From Cyanidioschyzon merolae (taxonomy: Eukaryota), in NCBI GenBank assembly GCA_000091205.1, contig AP006491.2: a stretch of DNA of 64,000 bases. One strand, given 5' to 3'. A program made the position numbers and the translations under genes. Below the pieces are notes generated by a model. It had not been told where the DNA came from. It saw nothing but the letters and a program-made list of their open reading frames with translations, and ran no database searches. Shown here in pieces: positions 11,840 to 22,303 of this stretch; position 1 is the stretch's first letter, and every line of letters starts with the position of its first letter.

Positions 11840-12363
11840 GAACAATCGCTATGATTTTGAAGAAACAGAGAATCCAAGGGAATGGTATGGATGTGGAAGT
11901 CGGGGATCCTGAGTTCCGTCATTGCTGGATTCGACGCAGCCAGAACGAAAAATGCCTCTTCTCGCCGACCATCGAGCGAAGAAGAGCAAGTGGCGAAGAA
12001 GGAGAAGAACGGAGATAGGCGAGGGACGGTGTTTGTCGAGTGGAACGATGACGAGACTGTAGCGGAACAGAGGGCACGAGTACTAAGAACCGTCGGTGTG
12101 ATGAGATCAGGGATCGGCAGTAAACGCATGGAGCTCGTAAGCCGAGACTTGAACGCTGCTACCAATATCAGACGATGCGTTGTGCTGGAGACGAGACCCG
12201 AGCAGCTGACACGATCCAACGCTATGCGGCAACTGCTGAGGCTCGAAGTGTACGTGAATCAACTGGAACCGATTGCAGGCGGCGGGTCAAAAAAGGCTGG
12301 GAGGCGTCCGCATGTGGGTATATATTTACCCTCAATGGCCGGGAAGCATGTCTCGTTTTACTG
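11840..12363 (+). pseudogene. X2-family TnpB/Fanzor-like relic (arm A copy), C-terminal half plus 3' tail
   Basis: The plus-strand translation reads PKRMNNRYDFEE, then (from copies B and C) GMDVEVGDPEF, then PTIERRRASGEEG, then GTVFVEWNDDETV, then ELVSRDLNAATNIRRC (12140-12178). Spacing matches RuvC-II through the LxYKA helix to RuvC-III. All four Zn-ribbon cysteines are missing, and there is a frameshift near 11890. Confidence 0.6.
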
Positions 12364-12709
12364 AATATAGTGTTGGACCGCAGGCCATACTATTACCCTC
12401 TGTGAAGACGAACATCCCACTTCTGGGTTTCACTCGAGCGGAGCGAATGCTTCCCGCTCGGGGCATGCATCGGCACGTACTCCATGCAGCGCGTTGCGCA
12501 GCCGTCGTAGCACTGGCGCGCAGCTCGTTGGATTGTGAACTGGACATCGGGGCGCTGCGCGCTGCGCGCCAGTGTCCAATCTCCGGTAGCATGATGATCG
12601 CTGGATGCGTCCAGGCCAGGCGAGCGTGCTCATCTCCGTACGTGCGCAGGCGTGTGTGTCTGGATGTGCGTACATACTTTTTGCTGGAACGCCGGTTATT
12701 AAAGGCCGC

Positions 12710-15016
12710 ATGTCTGCTGCAGGTTTCCCTAGAGTTTCGACGGCACTTTCCGCCGCGCTGAGGTCTAGGGGAGCACAACGCTGTGGAAGAGTATGGTGGG
12801 CGAGGGCGCCATCGCAGAGCTTGCGGGTTCTGCTTCGGAACTACACACCAAGTCTGGGTTCTTTCGGGCTACGGCGGCAGCTTTATCGTCTGGAGCGAGA
12901 AGCAGACTTGTACCCTGAAGATTGGAGAAAGCAGATGATACTCTTAGAACAGCTAAACCGAGAAGGATCTGTTCAAAGTGCCGAGAAAGTTATTCAACGC
13001 ATCGAATCCGGGAGGTATGCTCTCGGAGAAGAGGCAAAGTACGAGTACATCAAAGCCCTTGTACGAGTTGGAAAACTGGAGGAGCGGTCGAAAACTGGCG
13101 GTGGCCTCGAGTCCGTGTTGCGAAATATTCCAGGCTCTGGAAGTGTCCTTTCTCGAACTGGGAATAGTTCGGAAAGTGGTCGCCTTCCCAGAGGCGCTGC
13201 CGAGCCTCCGACTGCCGCGCGCTACACAGACAACTTTAACAGTCCTCTCCAAATGTATGCCGGTGAAGGCACGCACCCAACGAGCGCCGGTGCGACAGCT
13301 CCCTCCTCAGCGCGAGCGTTGATGGGAGGTGCCTCCGGCGGAGCGTCCGGCAGCACCGAGGAACCGCTTGTCGTCACCCTTGCTGAGCCTACCTTCAGGA
13401 CGCAACTGTGGAAAACGATCCGCACGCTTGGCACTGTATTTCTGCTAATGTCAGGAGTTGGTGCAGTTATGGAGGAGCGGGGCCTATCCCGAGGAATCAG
13501 TATGCAGCAAGAGGTGCTACCCGAAGAAGGCAACAAAAATCTGCGACGGTTCTCTGATGTGAAAGGCTGTGACGAGGCGAAGGATGAACTCATAGAGATA
13601 GTCGAGTATTTGAAGGCGCCACAGAAGTTTACGCGCCTCGGCGGAAAACTCCCCAAGGGCGTGCTTCTAGTCGGGCCACCTGGAACAGGCAAGACACTGT
13701 TGGCGAGAGCGATTGCGGGCGAGGCTGGCGTTCCGTTTTTCTACGCATCCGGCTCTGAATTTGAAGAAATGTTCGTAGGCGTCGGCGCTCGCCGCGTGCG
13801 GGAACTCTTTAACGCAGCTAAGAAGCGGGCTCCCTGTATCGTGTTCATTGACGAAATAGACGCAATAGGCGGCAAGCGGAACCCCAAAGATCAAATGTAT
13901 ATGAAAATGACCCTGAATCAGCTGCTTGTTGAGCTCGACGGATTTTCGTCCTCTGAGGGTATTATCGTGATCGGAGCTACGAACTTCCCGGAATCGCTCG
14001 ACAAGGCGTTGATTCGTCCGGGCAGATTCGATCGCCATGTTATCGTTCCGAACCCTGACGTTCGTGGACGAGAAGAGATCCTCACCCTTCACACCGAGAA
14101 GATTCCGCTTGCGGACGATGTGAATCTCGAAATACTTGCTCGGAGCACGCCTGGATTTTCTGGCGCAGATCTAGCGAATCTGGTGAACATGGCAGCTTTG
14201 AAGGCGGCCCGTGAAGGCGCTTCCCTCGTTACTATGGAGAACTTTGAGTTCGCCAAAGACAAGATAATCATGGGTGCCGAGAGACGCAGCGCAGTTATAT
14301 CAGAGGAAAACCGTCGTTTAACTGCTTACCACGAAAGCGGGCACGCGCTAGTCGCGCTCTTCACGGATGGCGCGCTGCCGGTGCATAAGGCAACCATTGT
14401 GCCGCGTGGCGTCGCTCTCGGCATGGTCGCGCAGCTCCCGGAAAAGGATATGACGTCTATGTCACGCAAACAGATGCTTGCTAAACTCGACGTGTGCATG
14501 GGCGGCAGAGCTGCTGAGGAACTGATTTTCGGACCTGAAAATGTCACGAATGGGGCGGAGTCTGATATAGAGCAGGCAACAGAGCTGGCAGAGGCAATGG
14601 TGACCCGCTTTGGTATGAGTCCCAAGCTGGGTAACATGGCTTACGACATTCAGAGGGAGGTATGTGGGGAGCTTCTGCACGTGGTGGAGAAGGAGGTCAA
14701 ACGATTTTTGGACGAAAGCTACCAGCGGGCAAAGCAAGTGCTGCTGACTCATGAAAAGGAACTCCATCGAGTGGCAGCGGCCCTACTGGAGAAAGAAACC
14801 TTGGGCCGGGAGGAGATCATTCGTATCGTGAGGGGCGATCCTCTCCGCGAGCAGTTGTCGGAGGAAACGACCGTGAAATCCGAAGAGGAGGCCGCCGACA
14901 CTGGCAGCCTGGCTGAAAACGTTGCAGCAAGAGCACGAGGCGCTGTCGCCGCAGCAGCGGCAAAAGCTGGCGTGCCTCGGCCTGGAAAAGTCCCGGCAAC
15001 AGCGAAAACGGCCTGA
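12710..15016 (+). CDS. YME1: ATP-dependent zinc metalloprotease YME1-like (mitochondrial i-AAA FtsH family)
   Basis: The ORF has one TM ([15 protein letters not shown]), Walker A GPPGTGKT, Walker [10 protein letters not shown], and the HEXXH site [10 protein letters not shown]. It is collinear with yeast Yme1 as recalled ([56 protein letters not shown]). The likely start is 12710 ([21 protein letters not shown], presequence-like); the ORF-track Met is at 12605. Confidence 0.93.
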   Translation: MSAAGFPRVSTALSAALRSRGAQRCGRVWWARAPSQSLRVLLRNYTPSLGSFGLRRQLYRLEREADLYPEDWRKQMILLEQLNREGSVQSAEKVIQRIESGRYALGEEAKYEYIKALVRVGKLEERSKTGGGLESVLRNIPGSGSVLSRTGNSSESGRLPRGAAEPPTAARYTDNFNSPLQMYAGEGTHPTSAGATAPSSARALMGGASGGASGSTEEPLVVTLAEPTFRTQLWKTIRTLGTVFLLMSGVGAVMEERGLSRGISMQQEVLPEEGNKNLRRFSDVKGCDEAKDELIEIVEYLKAPQKFTRLGGKLPKGVLLVGPPGTGKTLLARAIAGEAGVPFFYASGSEFEEMFVGVGARRVRELFNAAKKRAPCIVFIDEIDAIGGKRNPKDQMYMKMTLNQLLVELDGFSSSEGIIVIGATNFPESLDKALIRPGRFDRHVIVPNPDVRGREEILTLHTEKIPLADDVNLEILARSTPGFSGADLANLVNMAALKAAREGASLVTMENFEFAKDKIIMGAERRSAVISEENRRLTAYHESGHALVALFTDGALPVHKATIVPRGVALGMVAQLPEKDMTSMSRKQMLAKLDVCMGGRAAEELIFGPENVTNGAESDIEQATELAEAMVTRFGMSPKLGNMAYDIQREVCGELLHVVEKEVKRFLDESYQRAKQVLLTHEKELHRVAAALLEKETLGREEIIRIVRGDPLREQLSEETTVKSEEEAADTGSLAENVAARARGAVAAAAAKAGVPRPGKVPATAKTA

Positions 15017-15927
15017 GCATAGAGCTGAAGGTGCAAATGCGATTGCTTTGCACCTCATCAGCTGAGCAGAAGAGCAACCTGGATTCTGCGTCCGGCTTCG
15101 GTTTGTTTCCGGGAACCGTGTCCTGTACAGGTATGACGATGCTCAAAGGTACATGAACCCGAATCGCTATTTCGAATGTGTGCAAATGCAAGTCTCCTCT
15201 GGAAAATTTCGTTCTGGATATCTCAACAGGTCGCAATGACCGTTGATTCGACGTACACCTGTACGCCCAGAAGACAGGATGAAAAGGAATGGATCTAGAT
15301 CTATCCGGGTCCGAACTAAATGCACATAAAATCAAAAATCCCACGATGCTAGGTGCTGCATGTTTCAGCGCTGACGCATTCTCTCTATAGGTGATGATGC
15401 TCTTCGCGTCGGCGGGATTTGGTAAGCTTCTTAAGAGAGGTACGAGGCACCCAGTCACCACCAAAACCATACATGCGTCATCATTTTTGACGGAAAGTAG
15501 GAATTCGCTCCTCATCGGACACTACAAACGGGTTTTGAGTCGCCACCCGAGCAGTTCGTTCCACGCATGCAGTTCGCTTGCGGCATTTTGAGGTTGAAGC
15601 ACTCTTGGTCCAAGAAAAAGCGTTTCGATATCCTGTTCGCGGCTGAGGGACTTTACATTGTTACTGGAACGAATATGTCGGTTCACAAACCTGGATATAT
15701 TGTCGAAACACTTCAGTATAAACAATCCTCAGAAACGAGAAATTTCAGACGTCGTAGTGCAACGTTTTTACTGGCACTCGAGCATCGTCACAGAGCTTTT
15801 TTATTGCCTGCTTCGAGACCGGCCTTAGAGCCAATTTTGAAGTTTGCGGCATATACATATGTTAAGCAGAAAAAAAGATTCGCAATTGTGTGCGGTAAAA
15901 GAATATCCACTCGCAGAAGCTTATTAT

Positions 15928-18489
15928 CCTTTTTTGACCCGCCGCCTGCAATCGGTTCCAGTTGATTCACGCACACTTCGAGCCTCAGCAGTTGCCACAT
16001 AGCGTTGGATCGTGTCAGCTGCTCGGGTCTCGTCTTCAGCACAACGCATCGTCTGATATTGGTAGCAGCGTTCAAGTCTCGGCTTACGAGCTCCATGCGT
16101 TTACTGCCGATCCCTGATCTCATCACACCGAGGGTTCTTAGTACTCGTGCCCTCTGTTCCGCTACAGTCTCGTCATCGTTCCACTCGACAAACACCGTCC
16201 CTCGCCTATCTCCTTCTTCTCCTTCTTCGCCACTTGCTCTTCTTCGCTCGATGGTCGGCGAGAGGAGGCATTTCTCGTTCTGGCTGCGTCGAATCCAGCA
16301 ATGACGGAACTCAGGATCCCCGACTTCCACATCCATACCATTCCCTTGGATTCTCTGTTTCTTCAAAATCATAGCGATTGTTCATTCGTTTAGGTGAGGA
16401 CCTTCCCGCAAAAGCTAGGACTCGCGAAAGTAAGACACCATGCGCCCGTGTGTCAACGTGTGCCGGAAGCTTCAGCGATGACCCCACTGGAGCGACATCA
16501 TACGTTTCACAATGGAAAACATTCTTTTGATGAGGTTGAATCAAGTAGAGCACAGAGGAATGAAAAGCAGCACTATACCTCGACAGGATCGGCAAAAGCC
16601 CGAACGCAAGGGGAATGGTGAAATGCCACGGTGTCCAGCAGAAGGACGTCGCCCGACGTCGGGGCGAAATCTTCCATGATTCGATCAAGTGGCTGCTGTT
16701 GGTCGATGAGCCTTCTCCACTAGTGAATCTGAGGCCGCAAATAAAGTCCACTCCGTCTGGAGCAGATGATGACATCCTCGCTCTCTTCGAGCTCGATCGT
16801 ACATCCAGCGGGTGCACTGTCCGCGAATACCCATTTACGCTCCGGCCGCCTCGTCCGAAGCAAGTTTCATCGACTGAACAAGCAAACCGACGTCCGTGTC
16901 CCGGTCCCTGTGCTCCATACGGATAGTGGCGTTCCACGAACGCTGAAGTAGCTGTGACCTCGGTGGGAAATGGCCGTGCACGAACTGAGACTTTCTTTTT
17001 GCGACTGTACCCCGTGTATTCAGGACCACTCGAACACGCTTTTAAGGAACAGGGACGCGCGTAGCGACTACTATTTTCGCATTTGTCTTTCGTAAAAGGT
17101 GTCAACGGGCCGTTTTCTACCGTTGATCGCGCGCATTCTCTGAGAATATCGATGTTTGACGCAGAGTGCATCTACTTCTTTCGGCCAGTGTTCGTCAACC
17201 ATCTGAGTACTGTTGTACGACCGACCTGGAGGAGGAACGCAGTCCTCCATGCACTGTTCAGGAAAGAATATGTATCGCACAGGCGATTCGCCTACGATCT
17301 ATCGGGTACATGGCATCGTGATTTCTGGCCCCCGCCCTAGACCGCAAACAGCATTCGATCATACACAGTGCGGCAGGAATACAGTTGAGTTTATAGACCA
17401 TTAGTCCATGTCAGATTTATAAAGAGAACACTAAACTGCTTTCTCTGTGGCCGTCGTTCGATTTGCTTCTGAACTTTTGTTCAGACGTACAGCTTCGGCA
17501 TTCGAAGCGCATCAGTAATGTTCTACGAACTCATAGGTATGTTGGAGATTCCGGGTCCTCGTTTCTGAGCACTCCTTCGACTCTTTGGTGCTGAATGTCG
17601 TGGACATCACGGTCAGCGAGACGTCGACGACGACCCCGGACGCTGCTTCTGGGAGCAACCGGTATCAGCAGCCAGTTTCTAAACCTTGGTCGAATATTCC
17701 TCAAATACGAGGGCGCCGAGGCGAAGATAGGCCTGCCGCCTGCGAGCGAGCCCGGCGTGAGTCTCAGACGTCTTGGCCGCATCGTCGCTAATAAACAGTA
17801 CATGCGGGCTCGACACCCACGAGTTGGCAAGGTGTCTCGATTCGCGTCAAGCTCATCGGCACTTTTTGTGCGAAGAATTGGCAGAAAAACGAAGAGCGGG
17901 CAAGGAGGCGGGGTCCGAGTACTCGAATCCGACAGCGCGCACACAAATGTGCAGCGAACAGAGTACTCGCTGAGGAAATCACCCGGGAGAGGCCTGTGAT
18001 CATTGGGCATGGCGCAGCGCGCGGAAACGGAGGACGGCATCGGGCGGAGCCTTCCGGAACGGTAAAGCGCATGTACCGAGGGATGGGTCAAGCGTTTACG
18101 CGCCACACAGTGGCGCTCAGAGGCGGTGGAGGACTGGTGGATGCACATGGGAACACCTGACCAGGTCCAAGTGTAACGGCTGGGGAGTGCACCCCGAGGC
18201 CGTGCAGAAAGAGGATGCAAATGGTAAACGAAGCTCAGATCGTGACTCGCGCCAGTGCATAAAACGGGTCTACAACAGCGAGAAGCCGCGAAACAGAGAC
18301 TTCAACGCTACGATCAGTATCCTTCGGCTGGTGACCATGGGGCTGGAGAGACATGAGCAACCGGCGTATTCAAAGCCAGAGGCGAGAGGGGAAATGGAAG
18401 CGATAGCGGTAAAAGCCCGCCAAGGCCGTCGTTTGCGGTAACGGTGAGTGGCACGAACTTTCGAGTATAGTCGTGAGTTCGGGAACATA
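15928..18489. mobile_element. Composite repeat, arm B (inverted copy of arm A): X2 (15928-~16380, minus), X1 (~16440-17390, plus), Y (17391-18489, plus)
   Basis: ORF-track translations are identical to arm A for the 229-, 134-, 94-, 84- and 72-aa ORFs of the Y part. The X part differs at a few residues. The X2 motif lies at ~16046-16084(-) and the Y motif RNRDFNATISILRL at 18289-18330(+). The X2 3' terminus is replaced: similarity to copies A and C ends at 15928, so about 70 bp of tail is missing. Confidence 0.9.
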
Positions 18490-19816
18490 ATCCTTTTTGT
18501 AGTTACCTGGGTCTAAAATCGAAGGCTTGAACGAGATGCCCTATGGATGCGCGGTAGCTGCTATCATCTTTGGAGGAGACGGCTTCCCTTTTCTAATCAT
18601 CACGACGTTACACAAGCTTGGGCCCATTTCTTTCGTCGAAAATGGGGCCTGGATCGTTCCAGCGATGGATCCGCGCAACGCGAAGGCACCAAAGACAGAA
18701 ATTAATGGTAAACTGCGAACGGGTATACTGGATTAATCTGCTGCCCGGGGGGTTCCGTGTAAATTACATAGCACGTACGCGTGGTGGGCCTCATGCTCAG
18801 TAACTTTCGCGAAACTTCTCTCGGGCGCGATGCGGTTTCCAATCAATACCCTCGAATCAGTATTGTTTCGAGTCGTGACGGATTGAAGCATCCCCTGCGC
18901 TTTTCCCCCGAGCGATCGCAAGCAATGATTCACGGAATTCCCTGGCAAGAGCTCCACGAGATGCTTTTTTGCTCTAGGAGCACATGGTGCCGGATTGAAT
19001 TACCTGAGACTTATCTTGGCATGGTAGCCCTACCCTCCAAGGTAGCTACTGTCAGCCAACTCAGATACTAAAAAGCGAGGCATCTCGTTCAGATATCTGC
19101 TCACGCGCGTCGAACCGGACTGTGGGGATTTCGTGAGCTTTCCTGGCGCGTTTACCTCAGCCATAGGCATTTGCTGTAGTCACTGGAACCGAGGGCACAC
19201 TCGAGGTCTCATGCAGAATATCGCTTGGCGCTGGTATATTACCAAATCATATGCAGAGAATTAATGATTTGAGCGTATTGCACAAAACCGCTGTTCAACG
19301 AAAGAGAGGAGATTCATTTCGTGTAAAGCGGGCGAACGGAGACTCTTAAAGCCGGAACGGGATCGACGACATCAGATTTGCACGCGCGCTTCGGGTCCGA
19401 AGCTGAACGTGCGCGACTCCCGACAAGAGGCCCCGTCCATTTTTTTACCTCTGGAAGATTTACACTGACTATGGATCTCCCGTGGCGCGATTTGTGTTTG
19501 CATCCGGAAAAACGATCATTTTTCCACACTATATCATCACGTCCTGTCGCCCGCCACCCACATTTTCCAGACAGAGACACCGTTCATATTGCTTCCTCAG
19601 TAGAGCACCAAACTGTTGTGAGTACCGAAATTAGCGCCTAAAATGCCAGGGTAGACGCCCCAACGAGACGGAACGGCTTTGCCTTACCCTCATGGGCATC
19701 GGCCTCAGAGGCCACGTCCATGAGCGGTCGCAATCGCCACTTATGTGGAGCGTAGCGCACGCTTGCTGCACGAATCCCGGACTTCTTACAAGTGTGGCGC
19801 ATGGAAAAGTTGGCAG

Positions 19817-20509
19817 TCACATTACTATCGCCCGTGAACTCCAAAATTCAACGGCTTGAAGGTACAACTGCCTGTCGAAAGGCACACTGCTACCACCTTC
19901 CGTCAGGATTGCGTTTCGCATAATAGTTATTGGTTGCATGGGAGTCTCATACGGTTCATCCTGCGCTTTAATGCTCACAACGCGCCACGGGGCAGGGTCC
20001 TCCGGTGGCTTTTCAGCCATCGCTAGCGCCTCTTTGATGCACTGCTCTCGGGAATACAGAATAATGTCAAGATAGCGAGCAACGGGCAAACTTTCGTAAC
20101 CACCGATTTTTTCAAGTGGAAAATATCGAATTAGTACCGGAACCTCTTTCTCTGTGCGGGCATCATATTTCGTCCTCAAAAGAATTTCGTTCTCGGGTGT
20201 TATCTTCCAAACTGAAACGCGTGCGTTTGTAAAGTTTGGGATGAACAAATGCTTACAGAAATCAGCGTACCCTTGTACGAGAGCAGGTTTGTCTCTGAAC
20301 TCTAGCTCTAGAGCGAGTCGTTCCCTGTAATACTCGTTCAGCTTATCCTCGAACAGCTGAGGTTCAAAGAATATTCTCGTCCCACTGTGAGCAGGGTTAT
20401 TAAACTGACGCAGAACGAAGCGATCGAGCTTAAGGAAACTAGAAGTTGCCATAGAAGCGTCAACGACGATCGGAAATGTGGCGTCCAGATGGCTCTGATT
20501 TACGGCCAT
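19817..20509 (-). CDS. Conserved protein of unknown function (DUF3228-like)
   Basis: This is a clean 230-aa ORF with globular composition. Family recognition is from memory only. Its start codon lies 35 bp from the divergent P5C reductase start. Confidence 0.7.
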   Translation of the reverse strand: MAVNQSHLDATFPIVVDASMATSSFLKLDRFVLRQFNNPAHSGTRIFFEPQLFEDKLNEYYRERLALELEFRDKPALVQGYADFCKHLFIPNFTNARVSVWKITPENEILLRTKYDARTEKEVPVLIRYFPLEKIGGYESLPVARYLDIILYSREQCIKEALAMAEKPPEDPAPWRVVSIKAQDEPYETPMQPITIMRNAILTEGGSSVPFDRQLYLQAVEFWSSRAIVM

Positions 20510-20544
20510 GGAAGATTGGAGTTCTCATTAGCCCGAAAGTCAAA
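20510..20544. promoter_or_regulatory. 35-bp head-to-head intergenic spacer (putative bidirectional promoter/5' UTRs)
   Basis: It lies between the ATG of the DUF3228-like gene (20509, minus) and the best-supported ATG of P5C reductase (20545, plus). Confidence 0.4.
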
Positions 20545-21372
20545 ATGGAGCCCCTAAGAATAGGTTTTCTTGGCGGAGGTGCCATGTGTGAAGCCATACT
20601 CCGTGGGCTGTTGGACAAAAAGGTTGTGCAGAGCTCCGATGTATGGGTAAGCGACGTCGCTGAGTCTCGTCTGGAAGTAATGCGAGGTCTCGGCGTCAAC
20701 GCCACTGCAAACGGTCGAAAGGTAGTTGAAAAAGCCTCTGTGATTTTGCTTGCCGTCAAACCGGACACGGTACCTGAGGTACTACGCGATGTTCACGACC
20801 TGATCAAGCAGAGCCAACTCCTTGTGTCAATCTGCGCTGGAGTGCCTTTACAAGCTTTGGAGGACCTCGTGCCGGACGGTGTGGCGGTCGTCCGAGTCAT
20901 GCCCAACACCCCGTGCCTCGTCGGCGCCGCAGGCTCCGCCTATGCTCTCGGAAAGAACGCTTCACTCGCAAACCATGCGAATATCGTGGAGGCAATATTT
21001 GGAGCCGTTGGACTGACTGTCCGTGTTCCAGAGAAGCTGCTCGATGCAGTTACGGGAGTGAGTGGCTCCGGACCGGCATACGTTTTTATGTTCATGGAGG
21101 CGCTCGCTGACGGAGGCGTTTGTGCGGGGCTCCCACGTGACATTGCAAAGAAACTGGCTGTCCAAACAGTGTACGGATCAGCGAAGATGGCCATGGAAAA
21201 CGAAAACATGCATCTCGCAGAGCTCCGTAACCGCGTTGAATCACCGGGTGGAACAACAATAGCAGCGTCTCGCGCTCTAGAGGCAAACAGCTTCCGTGCA
21301 ACTGTCATCGGCGCGGTCATGGCCGCGGCCCAGAGAAGCGCTGAAATGCGAACAAAGCCGTCGCCGTTCTAG
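20545..21372 (+). CDS. P5CR: Pyrroline-5-carboxylate reductase
   Basis: The N-terminal Rossmann motif is RIGFLGGGAMCEAI. The ProC signature region is LRNRVESPGGTTIAASRALE. The start was chosen at MEPLRIGFLGGG; the ORF-track Met at 20476 would overlap the neighbouring gene. Confidence 0.9.
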   Translation: MEPLRIGFLGGGAMCEAILRGLLDKKVVQSSDVWVSDVAESRLEVMRGLGVNATANGRKVVEKASVILLAVKPDTVPEVLRDVHDLIKQSQLLVSICAGVPLQALEDLVPDGVAVVRVMPNTPCLVGAAGSAYALGKNASLANHANIVEAIFGAVGLTVRVPEKLLDAVTGVSGSGPAYVFMFMEALADGGVCAGLPRDIAKKLAVQTVYGSAKMAMENENMHLAELRNRVESPGGTTIAASRALEANSFRATVIGAVMAAAQRSAEMRTKPSPF

Positions 21373-21459
21373 AAAGGGGGCATGGCCTTCGTCAGACTGA
21401 ACCGTAACATAGTGGAACGAGAATTGTTTTAAGACCGCAAAACCAGAAAGTAATTTCTC

Positions 21460-22284
21460 TCATGAATCTATATCCTCAGCAGAGCCAAGTCTTTGGCCAG
21501 TACCCCAGTGATGCCCCCGTATTTGTGAAAGAATGGAAGCGCTGCGGGGCTGAGTTATTTCGTTTCTCTGATTGCGAGGTTGGTTGCGTGGACGTTCTCC
21601 AAACAGTCGGTACATCCAACTGGGCGTTTTGGTGATTCCCGCTCTTTGGTGTCCATGAAGCGATGGATATATCGCATCCAAGAAGTAGAAGAGGTGACCA
21701 CTGAGCACGCCAACGATGCCTGGGATATCGAGCCGTCCTGCGAGCAGCGTATTAATTGCCAAAAGCGCGAAAGAAAGGTACGCAGCGGGGACGGCAAAGA
21801 CAAAGACATGAACTCGTTCACGTGGAAACTTTCGCGACCATACATGCATTATGGCCATCATTAAACATCTGCCGAGAATCGGAAGTGGTACCAAGACCAT
21901 TGAGGCCAAACACAAGAAAAACTCGATTACTACCAACATCCAAGTGTACTCAGCGGAAGAGCCCATGAAGACTCCGGTTTCGAGGGATTTTGAGAAGCGA
22001 TAAAGAAACACTAGATCGAACAGGAAATTCAAGCCGAGCGGCCCCAGAAGAAATGACGCTGTCAACGGCCGCCAGATCTCGTACTTTCGAAGGACCCGAT
22101 CCCAGTCAAGAAGTACCGCCCCAAACGGAACGAAACCCAGACCACAGGCAAGGGTGAATAAAGTGGCAGCAGTCAGCCAAGTTCTTGTCACCCGGGGAAT
22201 AGAATAATAGAACGAGGTTAGAGACAGCTCGTCCCCTCTCCAGTCACGAACGTTTGCCATTGTGCAGCAAGCAGTACGAAACAA
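21460..22284 (-). CDS. DER1: Derlin (Der1-like ERAD membrane protein)
   Basis: YYSIPRVTRTWLTAATLFTL opens the Der1-like domain. The WR motif is KYEIWRPLTASFLLG. There are four hydrophobic helices, and GHLFYFL is present. An alternative start lies at 22260 (MANVRDW). Confidence 0.85.
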   Translation of the reverse strand: MFRTACCTMANVRDWRGDELSLTSFYYSIPRVTRTWLTAATLFTLACGLGFVPFGAVLLDWDRVLRKYEIWRPLTASFLLGPLGLNFLFDLVFLYRFSKSLETGVFMGSSAEYTWMLVVIEFFLCLASMVLVPLPILGRCLMMAIMHVWSRKFPRERVHVFVFAVPAAYLSFALLAINTLLAGRLDIPGIVGVLSGHLFYFLDAIYPSLHGHQRAGITKTPSWMYRLFGERPRNQPRNQRNEITQPRSASILSQIRGHHWGTGQRLGSAEDIDS

Positions 22285-22303
22285 TTAGATTTAGGTTTCG
22301 CTC

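Larger units (their letters stand above)
9733..12363. mobile_element. Composite repeat, arm A: Y relic (9733-10830), X1 relic (10831-~11780), X2 relic (~11840-12363)
   Basis: The outer boundary was found by comparison with arm B: tatgttcccgaac at 9733 corresponds to gttcgggaacata ending at 18489. The X/Y junction at 10831 was found by comparison with the 1.54-kb solo copy at 23279-24811. The inner terminus ...catgtctcgttttactg ends at 12363. Confidence 0.9.

Noticed and set aside
14817-15515. 232-aa minus-strand ORF downstream of YME1.
   Set aside because: Its C-terminal third is antisense to the YME1 3' end. The remainder has no recognisable motif, so coding status is undetermined.
18529-19092. 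13-bp inverted repeat tgaacgagatgcc / ggcatctcgttca flanking ~540 bp (possible MITE).
   Set aside because: A single 13-mer inverted match within 1 kb is roughly what chance predicts in 64 kb. I saw no TSD and no second copy.
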